Source of the DNA: Planctomycetota bacterium
GTDB lineage: Bacteria > Planctomycetota > UBA1135 > GCA-002686595
Assembly: GCA_022446815.1 (NCBI GenBank)
Contig: JAKVCD010000018.1
Span: 211,908-275,907, forward strand
Length of the DNA stretch: 64,000 nucleotides
Reading direction: 5' to 3'
Part shown: positions 9,565-18,888 of the stretch, one piece after another
Numbering within the stretch: the first letter of the stretch is position 1
Layout: each line of letters begins with the position of its first letter
Program-made: the position numbers and the translations under genes
Notes under the pieces: model-generated
What the model saw: the letters and a program-made list of their open reading frames with translations, nothing else
Told to the model about the DNA's origin: nothing
The model's database searches: none

Positions 9565-10302
9565 GTGGGCGCAGCCCCCACACTCCTCGTGAGAGATCTC
9601 AAGCACATCACCAATAGGTCCATCCCGCTACGGAGTCGCCGGAGAAGGGAGGCCTCTGGGCTCCCTGTGGCCTTCACGTACTCCTTGGGTCTGCACGCGC
9701 TCGCGATGGCGGCGGTGGTGCTCGTCGCTGAGCTTGAGTGGAGCTCGCCTGTGGGCACAGCGAGCACCCCCCTCGAGGTCAGGATCGCTTCCCTCCCGAA
9801 CCAGATGACCTTGGAGGAAGAGAGCGAGCGAGAGCTGCTGACAGAGCTGCCTCCGGTCTCAAACCTCGTCGATCTGGTGGAGGAGCTCCCCGTCTTCGAT
9901 CCGGCCCAGCCCATGAGGCCCACGGCCCGGGATCCGCTCTTGGAGGAAGATCCCTTCGAAGCGCTCGAGCTCGAGGCCTTTGAAGGCTTGCCCGAGGAAG
10001 AGTCCGTTCAAGTGGAGGAGGCCAAAGAGGAGCCGGTCGGAGAGCGAGAGCCTCTGCGACAGCTCTTAGAGAGCCCTGCGGTGATCTATCCAGAGAGCGC
10101 AGCGCTGCGTCGCCTAGAGGGAACGGTCCTCATCAGCATGATCGTCGGACCCGACGGCGGAGTCATAGAGGTCGTGCTGGTTGAGAGCAGCGGTCATGGC
10201 TCTCTAGATCGCGCGGCGATTCAAGCTGCGCGGCGCTATCGCTTTGAGCCTGGGGAGGACACGATCACAGTCTCAAAGCCCTTCACCTTCCGCCTCTCCT
10301 GA
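9565..10302 (+). CDS. Energy transducer TonB-family protein
   Basis: N-terminal TM LHALAMAAVVLVA, an acidic/Pro linker, and a C-terminal domain PVIYPESAALRRLEGTVLISMIV..G.V..V.LVESSGHGSLDRAAIQAARRYRFEP. GTG start per track. Confidence 0.75.
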   Translation: MGAAPTLLVRDLKHITNRSIPLRSRRRREASGLPVAFTYSLGLHALAMAAVVLVAELEWSSPVGTASTPLEVRIASLPNQMTLEEESERELLTELPPVSNLVDLVEELPVFDPAQPMRPTARDPLLEEDPFEALELEAFEGLPEEESVQVEEAKEEPVGEREPLRQLLESPAVIYPESAALRRLEGTVLISMIVGPDGGVIEVVLVESSGHGSLDRAAIQAARRYRFEPGEDTITVSKPFTFRLS

Positions 10303-10324
10303 GACTGCGCCTTGAATACGAAGA

Positions 10325-10347
10325 CGGCCCGCTCAGAGAGCGGGCCG
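10325..10347. terminator. Hairpin between convergent tonB-like and ferredoxin genes
   Basis: cggcccgct cagag agcgggccg, a 9-bp perfect stem with no clear U-tract. Confidence 0.45.
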
Positions 10348-10374
10348 CTGTTCTGAATTAGCTGTGGTTGAGTC

Positions 10375-10653
10375 TTAGGCGCGGTTGGCAAACCACTCGG
10401 CGTTCTTAGCCGTGTACTCAGCCCACTGCTCAGGGAGCTCGTTCTCGTCGAAGATCGCATCGACGGGGCACTCAGGTGCGCAGGCTCCACAGTCGATGCA
10501 CTCATCAGGGTCGATGTAGAGCATCGTCTCTTTCTCAAAGTCTGCGTCGTCTTTGGTCGGGTGGATGCAGTCCACGGGGCAGACTTCGACGCAGGCGGTG
10601 TCCTTTGTGTTGACGCAAGGTTCGGCGATGACGTAGGCCATTGGTTTTTTCAC
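10375..10653 (-). CDS. Ferredoxin, 4Fe-4S/3Fe-4S (FdxA-like)
   Basis: AYVIAEPCVNTKDTACVEVCPVDCIHP and DPDECIDCGACAPECPVDAI are present. The start may instead be the MAYV Met at 10641. Confidence 0.85.
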   Translation of the reverse strand: MKKPMAYVIAEPCVNTKDTACVEVCPVDCIHPTKDDADFEKETMLYIDPDECIDCGACAPECPVDAIFDENELPEQWAEYTAKNAEWFANRA

Positions 10654-10746
10654 TCCGAATAGTTTTGGTTCCCGACGGGCCCACTGGGCTCGCCACTGAC
10701 CATGAATTCTAGCCCATGCTGGGCAACTCTGGGAGCCCTCAGATCC

Positions 10747-12735
10747 TCATCTCTTGCTCAACCAGAGGTGAAGGCCCCTGGTGACTTGGGCTGTCCAGCC
10801 CGGCGGGAGCAGGGTAGTCCCCGAGTACTCCTCGATGATCGCGGGGCCTTGGAAGCTCACACCCTCAGAGAGGACCTCCCGCTGAACCCTGCGTGCGCTG
10901 ACCAGACCGTCGAATCCAGCCCGCCGCGTCCCGAGGACCGCGCCCTCAGGGAGGCGCTTAGAGCGAACCTCTCCCGCCCTCGGCATAGGGCGGCGGACGA
11001 GAGCTCGCGCGCGGAGATGGACGAGCTCAATCTGTCCGTCCTCCAAGGCCCAGCCGTAGCGCTCCTCATGGGCGCGGTGGAAGCGCGCCGCAGCGTCGTC
11101 GCGACGGCCCTCACCGAGCGCGAGGTCATAAGACTGCCCCCGATAGCGCAGGTCGAGGCGGAGCTCTGTGCGGATCTTTGAGCGTGGGTGTCCAGAGGCT
11201 CTGAGGAGCTCTGTGGCTTCAGCAGCGAGCTCCTGCAACGCTGCTGCGCGCCTCTCTCGAGGCCAGGCCCTGAGGTCGCCAAGGACTGTCTGAGAGCGAT
11301 CTTGCACGGCGTCAGCGTGCGCCATACCCCAAGCGCTCAGCGCGCCGGGGTGCCTGGGGATCAGGGCGCCGGGCTGGTTCAAGCTGCCTGCTAGGGCTGC
11401 TGCGTGCAGCCCGCCAGCCCCGCCAAATGCGACGAGCGGGAGGCGCTGTGGGTCACGACCTCGCTGCATCGTCATGACCCCGAGCGCGCGCCTCATCGCA
11501 GCGCGAGCGACAGACAAGACGCCCTCCGCGGCCGCGCGGGGTGAGACACCTAGCGCTTCGCCCAAGGTGCTGAAGCCGCGCTTCACGGCCTCTACGTCTA
11601 GCTCAAGGGCTCCACCGAGGAAGGCGCTCGTAGAGATGTGTCCGAGCATCACGTGGGCATCGGTGACCGTGAGCTCGGTCCCTGTTCCATAGCAGACTGG
11701 GCCGGGGCTGGCCCCGGCGCTCTTGGGGCCGACCCTCAAGACACCGCCAGTGTCGACGGAGACGATCGAGCCGCCGCCACAGCCGATGGTGTGGATGTCG
11801 AGGGCTGGGACCCCGATAGGGTGACCAGCGACCTGCACATCGTTCACCGCCTCTTCGAGGCCTGCACCGCTCGAATGGAAGGCGACGTCTGTGCTCGTTC
11901 CGCCCATGTCCAGGGTGACCACGTCAGCGTGCCCGGCCTCCGCAGCGGCCCGCGCGGCTCCCACGACGCCACCTGCGGGTCCGCTGAAGAGGACCCGCGC
12001 CGGCTCGCGCGCGGCCTGCGCAGCAGGGAAGCTCCCGCCGCTCGATTGGAGCATGGAGAGCTCGCGCTCGCCGACGCGCTCTGCGAGGCGCTCGAGGTAG
12101 GCGCGCACGATAGGGACAAGGCTCGCGTTGGCTGCGGCGGTAGAGAAGCGCTCATACTCGCGATACTCGGCGAGGAGCTTCGCGGAGCAGGTGACGCTGA
12201 GACCGGCAGCTTCGAGGTGCTCCGCGATCTGCTCCTCCATCTCAGGGTCTGCGTAGGAGTGCAAGAGACAGACTGCGACGGACTTGGCTCCAGACCTGCG
12301 CACTCGCTGCACGAGGCGATCGAGCTCTGCCTTCGTCGGCTTGACCTCGATCTGTAGGCCACCGCCTGGACTCGGAAATGCGCGCTGCGAGACTTCGAAG
12401 CGGCGCCGGCGCTCGACGAGGGGGGCGGGCTTCTCGGGGTGGAGGGCGTAGAGCTCAGGCCGCTCCTGTCTCCCGACCTCGATCAAGTCCCGGAAGCCTT
12501 CATTCGTTACGAGGGCCGTGGGGGCGACCTCTCCAGTCAGCATGGCGTTGAGCCCGACGGTGGAGCCGTGGATGAGCTCCAAACCACCACTCCCTGACAG
12601 AGCCTTGAGGCCGCTCTCCACGGCCTCAGAGGGGTCCTGGGGCGTGGAGTGCACCTTCAGCGTCCGTACCTCGTCTCCGTCGAGGAGGACGAGGTCCGTG
12701 AAGGTCCCGCCTGTGTCTGCGCCGATCGCTTTCAA
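10747..12735 (-). CDS. Hydantoinase/oxoprolinase family protein (HyuA-like)
   Basis: IGADTGGTFTDLVL, LDMGGTSTDV, GGGSIV and FGGAGGLHA are present. No HyuB partner is in the window. Confidence 0.8.
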   Translation of the reverse strand: MKAIGADTGGTFTDLVLLDGDEVRTLKVHSTPQDPSEAVESGLKALSGSGGLELIHGSTVGLNAMLTGEVAPTALVTNEGFRDLIEVGRQERPELYALHPEKPAPLVERRRRFEVSQRAFPSPGGGLQIEVKPTKAELDRLVQRVRRSGAKSVAVCLLHSYADPEMEEQIAEHLEAAGLSVTCSAKLLAEYREYERFSTAAANASLVPIVRAYLERLAERVGERELSMLQSSGGSFPAAQAAREPARVLFSGPAGGVVGAARAAAEAGHADVVTLDMGGTSTDVAFHSSGAGLEEAVNDVQVAGHPIGVPALDIHTIGCGGGSIVSVDTGGVLRVGPKSAGASPGPVCYGTGTELTVTDAHVMLGHISTSAFLGGALELDVEAVKRGFSTLGEALGVSPRAAAEGVLSVARAAMRRALGVMTMQRGRDPQRLPLVAFGGAGGLHAAALAGSLNQPGALIPRHPGALSAWGMAHADAVQDRSQTVLGDLRAWPRERRAAALQELAAEATELLRASGHPRSKIRTELRLDLRYRGQSYDLALGEGRRDDAAARFHRAHEERYGWALEDGQIELVHLRARALVRRPMPRAGEVRSKRLPEGAVLGTRRAGFDGLVSARRVQREVLSEGVSFQGPAIIEEYSGTTLLPPGWTAQVTRGLHLWLSKR

Positions 12736-12798
12736 AGTTCAGTGATCTCCGCTCCGAGAGAGCCTCGGGGGCCTGCGGAGGATACCCTCATAGGCGAG

Positions 12799-13440
12799 AT
12801 GTGGAACCTCTCTGACTCAGCCTGGGTTCTCGGGGCCTACCTCCTGGGCGCAGTGCCCTTTGGCATCCTCCTCGCCAAGGCGCGCGGCGTCGACCTCCGC
12901 TCCGTCGGCAGCGGCAATATTGGCGCGACGAACGCGATGCGGGCGCTGGGGAAGCCCTTAGGCCTCTTGGCCTTTGGCCTGGACTTCGGGAAGGGCCTCA
13001 TCATTCCTTGGTACCTGCTCCAGGCTGGAGGTCCAAGTGCGCTGCCTGTGGCGTCCATAGCGGGCGTCGCGGCCGCGGCAGGGCACGTCTGGCCCATCTG
13101 GATCGGCTTCCAAGGCGGAAAGGCGGTCGCGACCGCGCTCGGGGCGCTCTCTGCAGTGGATCCAGCCGTCGCCCTCTGGGGGGGGGCCGTCTGGATCCTT
13201 GCGGTGTTCTTCACGAGCCACGTGAGTGTTGGCTCCCTCGCGATGAGCGCCTCCTTTCCTGTCACGGCCTGGCTTCGCTGGAGTGACGTTGAGGGCGGCG
13301 CTTGGTTCGCAGTCTCTGCGCTGCTCATGTGCCTCCTGATCTGGGTCCGACACCGACCGAACATCGAGCGGCTGTTGCAGGGAGAGGAGGCAAGGACGAG
13401 ACTGGGCCTCCGCGGGCGACCTGCCCAGGGAGAAGAGTGA
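12799..13440 (+). CDS. plsY: Glycerol-3-phosphate acyltransferase PlsY
   Basis: LGAVPFGILLAK..GVDLRSVGSGNIGATNAMRALG and GKAVATALG are present. ATG at 12799 lies inside track ORF 12649-13440. Confidence 0.85.
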   Translation: MWNLSDSAWVLGAYLLGAVPFGILLAKARGVDLRSVGSGNIGATNAMRALGKPLGLLAFGLDFGKGLIIPWYLLQAGGPSALPVASIAGVAAAAGHVWPIWIGFQGGKAVATALGALSAVDPAVALWGGAVWILAVFFTSHVSVGSLAMSASFPVTAWLRWSDVEGGAWFAVSALLMCLLIWVRHRPNIERLLQGEEARTRLGLRGRPAQGEE

Positions 13441-13441
13441 G

Positions 13442-14473
13442 ATGAGCGAAGCCTATAAGAAGGTCTTGGTGATCGGCGATGGCGGATGGGGGACAGCCCT
13501 CGCGCTCGTCCTCGCCCGGCATAGCAGAGAGGTCACCCTGTGGAGCGCGTTCCCAGAGCAAGCAGAGGAGCTCGCAGAGCACCTTGAGAACAAGCGCTTC
13601 CTCCCGGGAGTGAGTCTGCCCGAGAGCATGACCTTCAGCGCGGACCCCTCCTCCGCTGCGGATGGTGCAGAGCTCGCAGTGAGCGTCGTCCCCACTCAGC
13701 ACCTGCGGTCTGTCGCGGAGCGCTTTGAAGACGCGCTCTCCGGGACTCTGCCCATCGTCACCGCGACGAAGGGTGTAGAGATTGAGACCTTTCAGCATCC
13801 CTTGGAGATCCTCCAGAGCGTCCTCGGTGAGCGCGGCTACTGTGTCCTGACGGGCCCTAGTCACGCGGAAGAGGTCGCGCGCGGCTTGCCGGCCTCCGTC
13901 ATCGCAGCGAGTCACGACGCGGCATTGGCTGCGCGCGTACAAGCGACCTTCAGCGGGGACTCCCTCCGGGTCTACACCTCAGGTGACCCTGTTGGGGCAG
14001 AGCTCGCAGGGGCGCTCAAGAACGTGATCGCCCTCGCAGCTGGGATCTGTGATGGCCTCGGGCTCGGAGACAACGCCAAGGCGGCGCTCATCAGCAGAGG
14101 CATGGTGGAGATGGCTCGCTTCGGGCGTAGCCGCGGCGGATCCCCTGAGACCTTCTTCGGGCTCGCGGGCTTCGGCGACCTCGTGACGACCTGCTGCTCA
14201 GAGCACTCCAGGAATCGCAGCGTGGGAGAGGCTATAGGTCGTGGTGAAACGCTCGAAGAGATCCTCCAGCGCATGGAGATGGTGGCGGAGGGGGTCTGGA
14301 CTACGAAGGCGCTCTTCGGCCCGGAGGCAGAGCTCGGTGATGAGGAGCTGCCGATCGCGAGAGAGGTGCATGACATTCTCTTCGAGGGAAAGGACGCCCG
14401 AGACGCCGTGCAGGACTTGATGAGCCGCGCACCGGTCAGTGAGATGGGTGATCTCTTAGGGGACACGACATGA
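13442..14473 (+). CDS. gpsA: NAD(P)H-dependent glycerol-3-phosphate dehydrogenase
   Basis: VIGDGGWGTALA, VTATKGVE, GPSHAEEVA, GALKNVIALAAG and NRSVGEAIGRG are present. Confidence 0.9.
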   Translation: MSEAYKKVLVIGDGGWGTALALVLARHSREVTLWSAFPEQAEELAEHLENKRFLPGVSLPESMTFSADPSSAADGAELAVSVVPTQHLRSVAERFEDALSGTLPIVTATKGVEIETFQHPLEILQSVLGERGYCVLTGPSHAEEVARGLPASVIAASHDAALAARVQATFSGDSLRVYTSGDPVGAELAGALKNVIALAAGICDGLGLGDNAKAALISRGMVEMARFGRSRGGSPETFFGLAGFGDLVTTCCSEHSRNRSVGEAIGRGETLEEILQRMEMVAEGVWTTKALFGPEAELGDEELPIAREVHDILFEGKDARDAVQDLMSRAPVSEMGDLLGDTT

Positions 14474-14859
14474 ACGAGACGACAGGATTCATAACGACGC
14501 TCGCAGCGACTCTCATCTGCTTGGGCGGTGCGGTCATGACCGGCCGCGCCGCTAAGCGGCGGGCCCACCTCACCTGGGTCAGCGGCGCAGTGCTGTTCTT
14601 GGCGACCACCATTCACTTCGCTGGGGAGCTGGGGAAGCTATATGAGTTGGAGGCTGCGGGTTGGATCTATCCATTCCACCTCCTCCTCGCCCAGGTCACC
14701 TCTGTCGCGTATCTCGTCGTGATCGTCTCTGGCGTAGCGACGCTCAAGAAGGCCGGGCGGCGAAAGACCCACGGTAGGATCGCTTACTCGGTCTTGGGCC
14801 TCACGGTCATCACGGCGATCACTGGCGTCTGGATGATCCTCAAAGCACCGCTGCTCTAG
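14470..14859 (+). CDS. Hypothetical membrane protein (about 4 TM)
   Basis: ATGA overlap with the gpsA stop. Hydrophobic helices are present. No recognisable family. Confidence 0.5.
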   Translation: MNETTGFITTLAATLICLGGAVMTGRAAKRRAHLTWVSGAVLFLATTIHFAGELGKLYELEAAGWIYPFHLLLAQVTSVAYLVVIVSGVATLKKAGRRKTHGRIAYSVLGLTVITAITGVWMILKAPLL

Positions 14860-15201
14860 TTAGGAGGAGCCTCCGTGGAGGCCGCCGGCTCCGGGGAGGA
14901 GCCAAGGCAAGACGACGAGGAAGCCGTTCGCGAAGAGCGGGACGCTGACGAAGATCAGCCAGCTGCGCCTGCTACGGATCGTGAAGATCGCCATAGCGAA
15001 GCCCACCAGCGCGAGGGGGGTGGAGATCCAGTAGGCCAGCTCGGGTGAGGGCGCCCAGTCCTCGCTGAGCCGCGCCCAGATCGCCGAGCCCCAGAAGACG
15101 GCCCAGCCGGCGCTGGCGAAGATCATGGACCGGATCCAGGTCCTGTGGCGCCTGCGCACCCTCGGACCCCCGCTCAGACGCTCTCTACCGGGCTTCACCA
15201 C
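14860..15201 (-). CDS. Hypothetical membrane protein
   Basis: GTG start per track, three hydrophobic segments, start uncertain. Confidence 0.4.
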   Translation of the reverse strand: MVKPGRERLSGGPRVRRRHRTWIRSMIFASAGWAVFWGSAIWARLSEDWAPSPELAYWISTPLALVGFAMAIFTIRSRRSWLIFVSVPLFANGFLVVLPWLLPGAGGLHGGSS

Positions 15202-15286
15202 GAAGAGATTGTCGCCTAAGACAGCTTGTTGGGACAGGGCGGATTGACGTCGTGGCGCTGCCCGGATAGAACATGGCCCCTTCGGT

Positions 15287-15364
<78 letters not shown>

Positions 15365-15668
15365 TCTCTCAAGTCCGCTCTCGCGGGCTCTGGAGGAGGG
15401 CCTGTTTGGCAGCACAGGCCCCCTCTGCTTGGCCGCCGAGACCAGGCCTGCGCCTTCAAATGTGGCTTAGGGCCGTCTCAAGCGGCGCCCTGTGGCTCCG
15501 CATACGGGACCCCTCACCTCCTGAACCCTGGGAGGGAGACGCGGACAAAATTCTCTCTTTCCTGTCGTCTGGATGGGCTGCGCGCGCAACTCGAGGTCGA
15601 AGGAGACGCCTCATCTAGAGCGCGACTCTGTACCCACGAAAGAACGCCCTCATCCAACAGGAAACGAA

Positions 15669-18230
15669 ATGAAGATCTCCCGATTCGTGCCCCTCATGGG
15701 CGCGCTCTCAATCTTGGCCATGACGGCCGATGCAAACTTAGCGGCAGAGCCCAGTCGCAGCGCCCCCAGCGTGCACTTAGTCACAACCCCTGTGGACGGT
15801 GCCCCTGGGAGCTTGCGACAGATAGTCTCGGTGGCGGCCCCCGGCGACGTGATCACCTTCGCTGGCCCCATGACAGTCAACCTCGGCTCCCCGATCATTG
15901 TCGGTGTCGACAACCTCACCATCGAGGCCTGCTACCCGGATGTGACTGTGAACGCCCTAGGGCTCTTTCCCGGTATCGAGCTCTCTGCCGTGACGGGTTG
16001 TCACATCAGGGGCTTGAGGATGGAGGGCTTTAACCCTGCGATCGGGCTCACTGCTGGCGCCCACGACAACCGCATCGGTGGACCAGACCCTTGCGACGTC
16101 GTCGAGATCTATAGCGGCGGCCTCGGGGTCGCGCTCTCAGACCCCGGGACGGTCCGCAACAAGTTCGTGCAGGTCCAGGTTCATCACAACTTGTACGAGG
16201 GGATCTATCTCCGCCACGGCGCGAGCGAGAACTTCTTCGGTGATGGAACCCCCTCCGGCGCGGTCATCTCATCCGACAATGGCAGGAACGGCGTCCTCCT
16301 CGAGGACACAGGCGGTACAGGGAGCTCAGTCATTCGAAACGAGTTCCACCACTGTCTCATCGGTCTAGACCCGAGCGGGCTCGCGCCTGCAGGTAACGCG
16401 CTCTCAGGCGTCGTGCTTGATGGCCCGGGAGTCATCGAGAACCTGTTCAGCGCGTGCGTCATCTCAGACAACAGCATGAACGGCGTCACGATCACAGGTG
16501 GTGCGAGCCAGAACACCTTCTGGACCTGCCTCATCGGCGTAGACGCCTCTGGCACAGCCATGCTGGGCAACGTCAACGGAGTTGAGATCAACGCTGGCTC
16601 CTTGAACGCGATCGAGGCTGGCGTGGTCTCAGGCAACCAGCAGTTTGGTGTCGTGATCAGGTCTAGCGCTGCCTTCGACAACAAGGTGAACGAGAACCGG
16701 ATCGGTCCGGACGCTAACGCAGCAGCGCTTGGGAACGGCAGGTCCGGCGTCGCCCTCATGGACGGGACCTCCGACAACCGTGTCATCGGTAACCACATCT
16801 CCAGCAACGGAGAGGACGGCGTCGCGCTGATGGGGAACGACCCCGTCGACAACTTGATCGAGTCTAACTTGATCGGCACGGATCAGAGCGCGAGCGCAGC
16901 GATGCCCAACGCGAGGAACGGGATCTTCTTGGGCTCTGTCGCGAGCTCGAACGACTTCAGGGAGAACGTCGTGAGCGGCAACGCAGACAACGGTGTCGCC
17001 GTAGTCGGCTTGGGCTCAGATGAGAACCACTTCCAAGGGAACATCATCGGCCTGGACTCTTCGCTCGCTAACGCGATCCCGAACGGCGGGAGCGGGATGC
17101 TCATCTACAGCTCCAAGAACCTCGTCGGTGGAGTGAACCCGGGCGACGGAAACTACATCTGCGCGAACACACGCTGGGGGGTCGAGGTCCGAGGACCCGC
17201 CGCTGGCTTCGCAGCCCTTGAGAACGAGTTCTACGGCAACACTGTCGGCATGTCCGGCCTCGGCAACGGGAGAGGCGGGCTGTGGTTTGACTCTGGCGCC
17301 CTCGACAACCTCGTCGGCAACAGCCTTGCAGGTAACACGATCCATGAGAACAGTGGCCCTGGCGTCTTGGTGTACAACGCCTCGACAGCTGACCCTGCAG
17401 ACGGGAACCACATCCTCAGCAACAGCATCACGGCTAACGCAGGTGATGGGATCGAGCTAGCGGGTGGAGGCAACTGCATGATCCCTGCCCCGATCATCAC
17501 CGCAGCGAACTCTGTGAGCGTCCAGGGTTATACGACCGTCTCGAGCCCCCTCTGCACGGTGCAGGTCTTCCGTGACACTGACGACGAAGGGATGGAGTTC
17601 CTCGGGGAGGTCTTGGTCTCCTCGAGCTATGGATTCTTCAGCATCCCGGTCACTTTGTCTCCGGGCGATCGCGTCACGGCGACGCAGACCGCGGACATAG
17701 GCTGCACGACCCCTCGTGCCGAGACCTCTCCCTTCTCCATGGTCATGACGGCGTCTGAGATCGGCTCGCCCGACTGCTTCTGCGCTAACGCTGTCGCCAT
17801 CTGCGGCAACCCTGACCCCAACGCCGGCTGCGCAAACTCCACCGGGAGCGGCGCCCTGCTGAAGGCTCACGGTACGACTAGCGTAGCTAGCGACGACCTG
17901 ACCCTCTCCGCGACGCAGCTCCCCCTCACGAGCTTCACGATGCTCCTCGGCAGTCGTGCGACTCGGAACATCCCGTTCCGCGACGGTCGCCTTTGCGTCG
18001 GCGGCTCTGGCACGCGCATCTGGCGCTTCCAGCTCAGGAACTCGGGTCAGTGGGGTGCGGCAGTCTTCGGCGCTGGCATCGTCGCGAGGAGCCTCTCCTT
18101 CTCCACCCCGACCGGTTACATCAACTCAGGAGACACCTGGTACTTCCAGACCTTCTACAGGGACACCACGGGTCCCTGCGGTTCGGGTGGGAACCTCACC
18201 AACAACGTGAAGATCAGCTTCACACCCTGA
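15669..18230 (+). CDS. Secreted right-handed parallel beta-helix (PbH1/NosD-like) repeat protein ending in the shared C-terminal domain
   Basis: Signal peptide MKISRFVPLMGALSILAMTADA. Many N-x-I/V-x-x-N..G+ beta-helix turns (VISDNSMNGVTI, HISSNGEDGVAL, VVSGNADNGVAV, SITANAGDGIEL). The last 151 aa align to the tails of the 29.7-37.0 kb proteins. Confidence 0.8.
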   Translation: MKISRFVPLMGALSILAMTADANLAAEPSRSAPSVHLVTTPVDGAPGSLRQIVSVAAPGDVITFAGPMTVNLGSPIIVGVDNLTIEACYPDVTVNALGLFPGIELSAVTGCHIRGLRMEGFNPAIGLTAGAHDNRIGGPDPCDVVEIYSGGLGVALSDPGTVRNKFVQVQVHHNLYEGIYLRHGASENFFGDGTPSGAVISSDNGRNGVLLEDTGGTGSSVIRNEFHHCLIGLDPSGLAPAGNALSGVVLDGPGVIENLFSACVISDNSMNGVTITGGASQNTFWTCLIGVDASGTAMLGNVNGVEINAGSLNAIEAGVVSGNQQFGVVIRSSAAFDNKVNENRIGPDANAAALGNGRSGVALMDGTSDNRVIGNHISSNGEDGVALMGNDPVDNLIESNLIGTDQSASAAMPNARNGIFLGSVASSNDFRENVVSGNADNGVAVVGLGSDENHFQGNIIGLDSSLANAIPNGGSGMLIYSSKNLVGGVNPGDGNYICANTRWGVEVRGPAAGFAALENEFYGNTVGMSGLGNGRGGLWFDSGALDNLVGNSLAGNTIHENSGPGVLVYNASTADPADGNHILSNSITANAGDGIELAGGGNCMIPAPIITAANSVSVQGYTTVSSPLCTVQVFRDTDDEGMEFLGEVLVSSSYGFFSIPVTLSPGDRVTATQTADIGCTTPRAETSPFSMVMTASEIGSPDCFCANAVAICGNPDPNAGCANSTGSGALLKAHGTTSVASDDLTLSATQLPLTSFTMLLGSRATRNIPFRDGRLCVGGSGTRIWRFQLRNSGQWGAAVFGAGIVARSLSFSTPTGYINSGDTWYFQTFYRDTTGPCGSGGNLTNNVKISFTP
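17775..18227 (+). other. Shared C-terminal domain, divergent copy
   Basis: GCANSTGSGALL..SDDLTLSATQLP..FRDGRLCVGG..YFQTFYRD..C..NLTNN..I.F-stop aligns with the GCANxxG../FGDGLRCAGG/YQxWYRD/NLTNG tails. Confidence 0.7.
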
Positions 18231-18311
18231 GCGCTCTCAATGCTCGTGACGCGGGGGTGGTGCTCAGGCGCCGCCCCCGCTCTCTGTCTTCCATGAGGCA
18301 TCTTCCATGAG

Positions 18312-18572
18312 GTGGTTGGATCTGAGATCTTCTACCTCGTGGTGCTCGCTAGCTTCTCTTTCGGGACAGTCGTGATCTCAGCGCTCCTCTCGCTGCCGAT
18401 CGCGCTCTTCATCTTGGCCTTCTTGGTCGAGCCGCGCAGGCAGGCTGCTGGGAAGCAGCCGCTCGGCTACTGGGGTTGTGTCGGGTATGCGTTGGCTCTG
18501 GGCGGCCTGCTCTCTCCCCTTGGCTTCGGCATCTTCCTCCTCGCGAAGAGAGGGCTGGGGATCTTCAGCTGA
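18312..18572 (+). CDS. Small hypothetical membrane protein
   Basis: Two or three hydrophobic helices, non-ATG start per track, weak support. Confidence 0.35.
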   Translation: MVGSEIFYLVVLASFSFGTVVISALLSLPIALFILAFLVEPRRQAAGKQPLGYWGCVGYALALGGLLSPLGFGIFLLAKRGLGIFS

Positions 18573-18638
18573 GCGCGATCGCTGCTACCTGCACGTCAGC
18601 GAGTCACACAGCGTTGATGGAGTATCATCAGGTCGCAC

Positions 18639-18884
18639 ATGGATAACCGACCCGTCGTCTTGCTCTCTGCGCCTGACCCTGTGAAGGGGGAGCTCGCGCG
18701 CGGCCTCCTCGAAGAGGCTGGGATCCCGTCTCTCTTCCACGGGCCAGACAGGGACGTCGCGGAGCTTGGGGCCGCTGTCCACATGGCCTTTACGAGGCCA
18801 GACCTCTTGGTCCCTGCTGCTGCTTTAGAGGACGCCCGTGAGGTCCTCAAGCAGGCTTGGGGTGAAGAGATAGAGGAGCTCTGA
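18639..18884 (+). CDS. DUF2007-like small protein (putative signal-transducing fold)
   Basis: 81 aa. VVLLSAPDPVKGELARGLLEEAGIP and LVPAAALEDAREVL fit the DUF2007 pattern. A 4-nt gap separates it from the cytochrome gene. Confidence 0.55.
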   Translation: MDNRPVVLLSAPDPVKGELARGLLEEAGIPSLFHGPDRDVAELGAAVHMAFTRPDLLVPAAALEDAREVLKQAWGEEIEEL

Positions 18885-18888
18885 GCGA

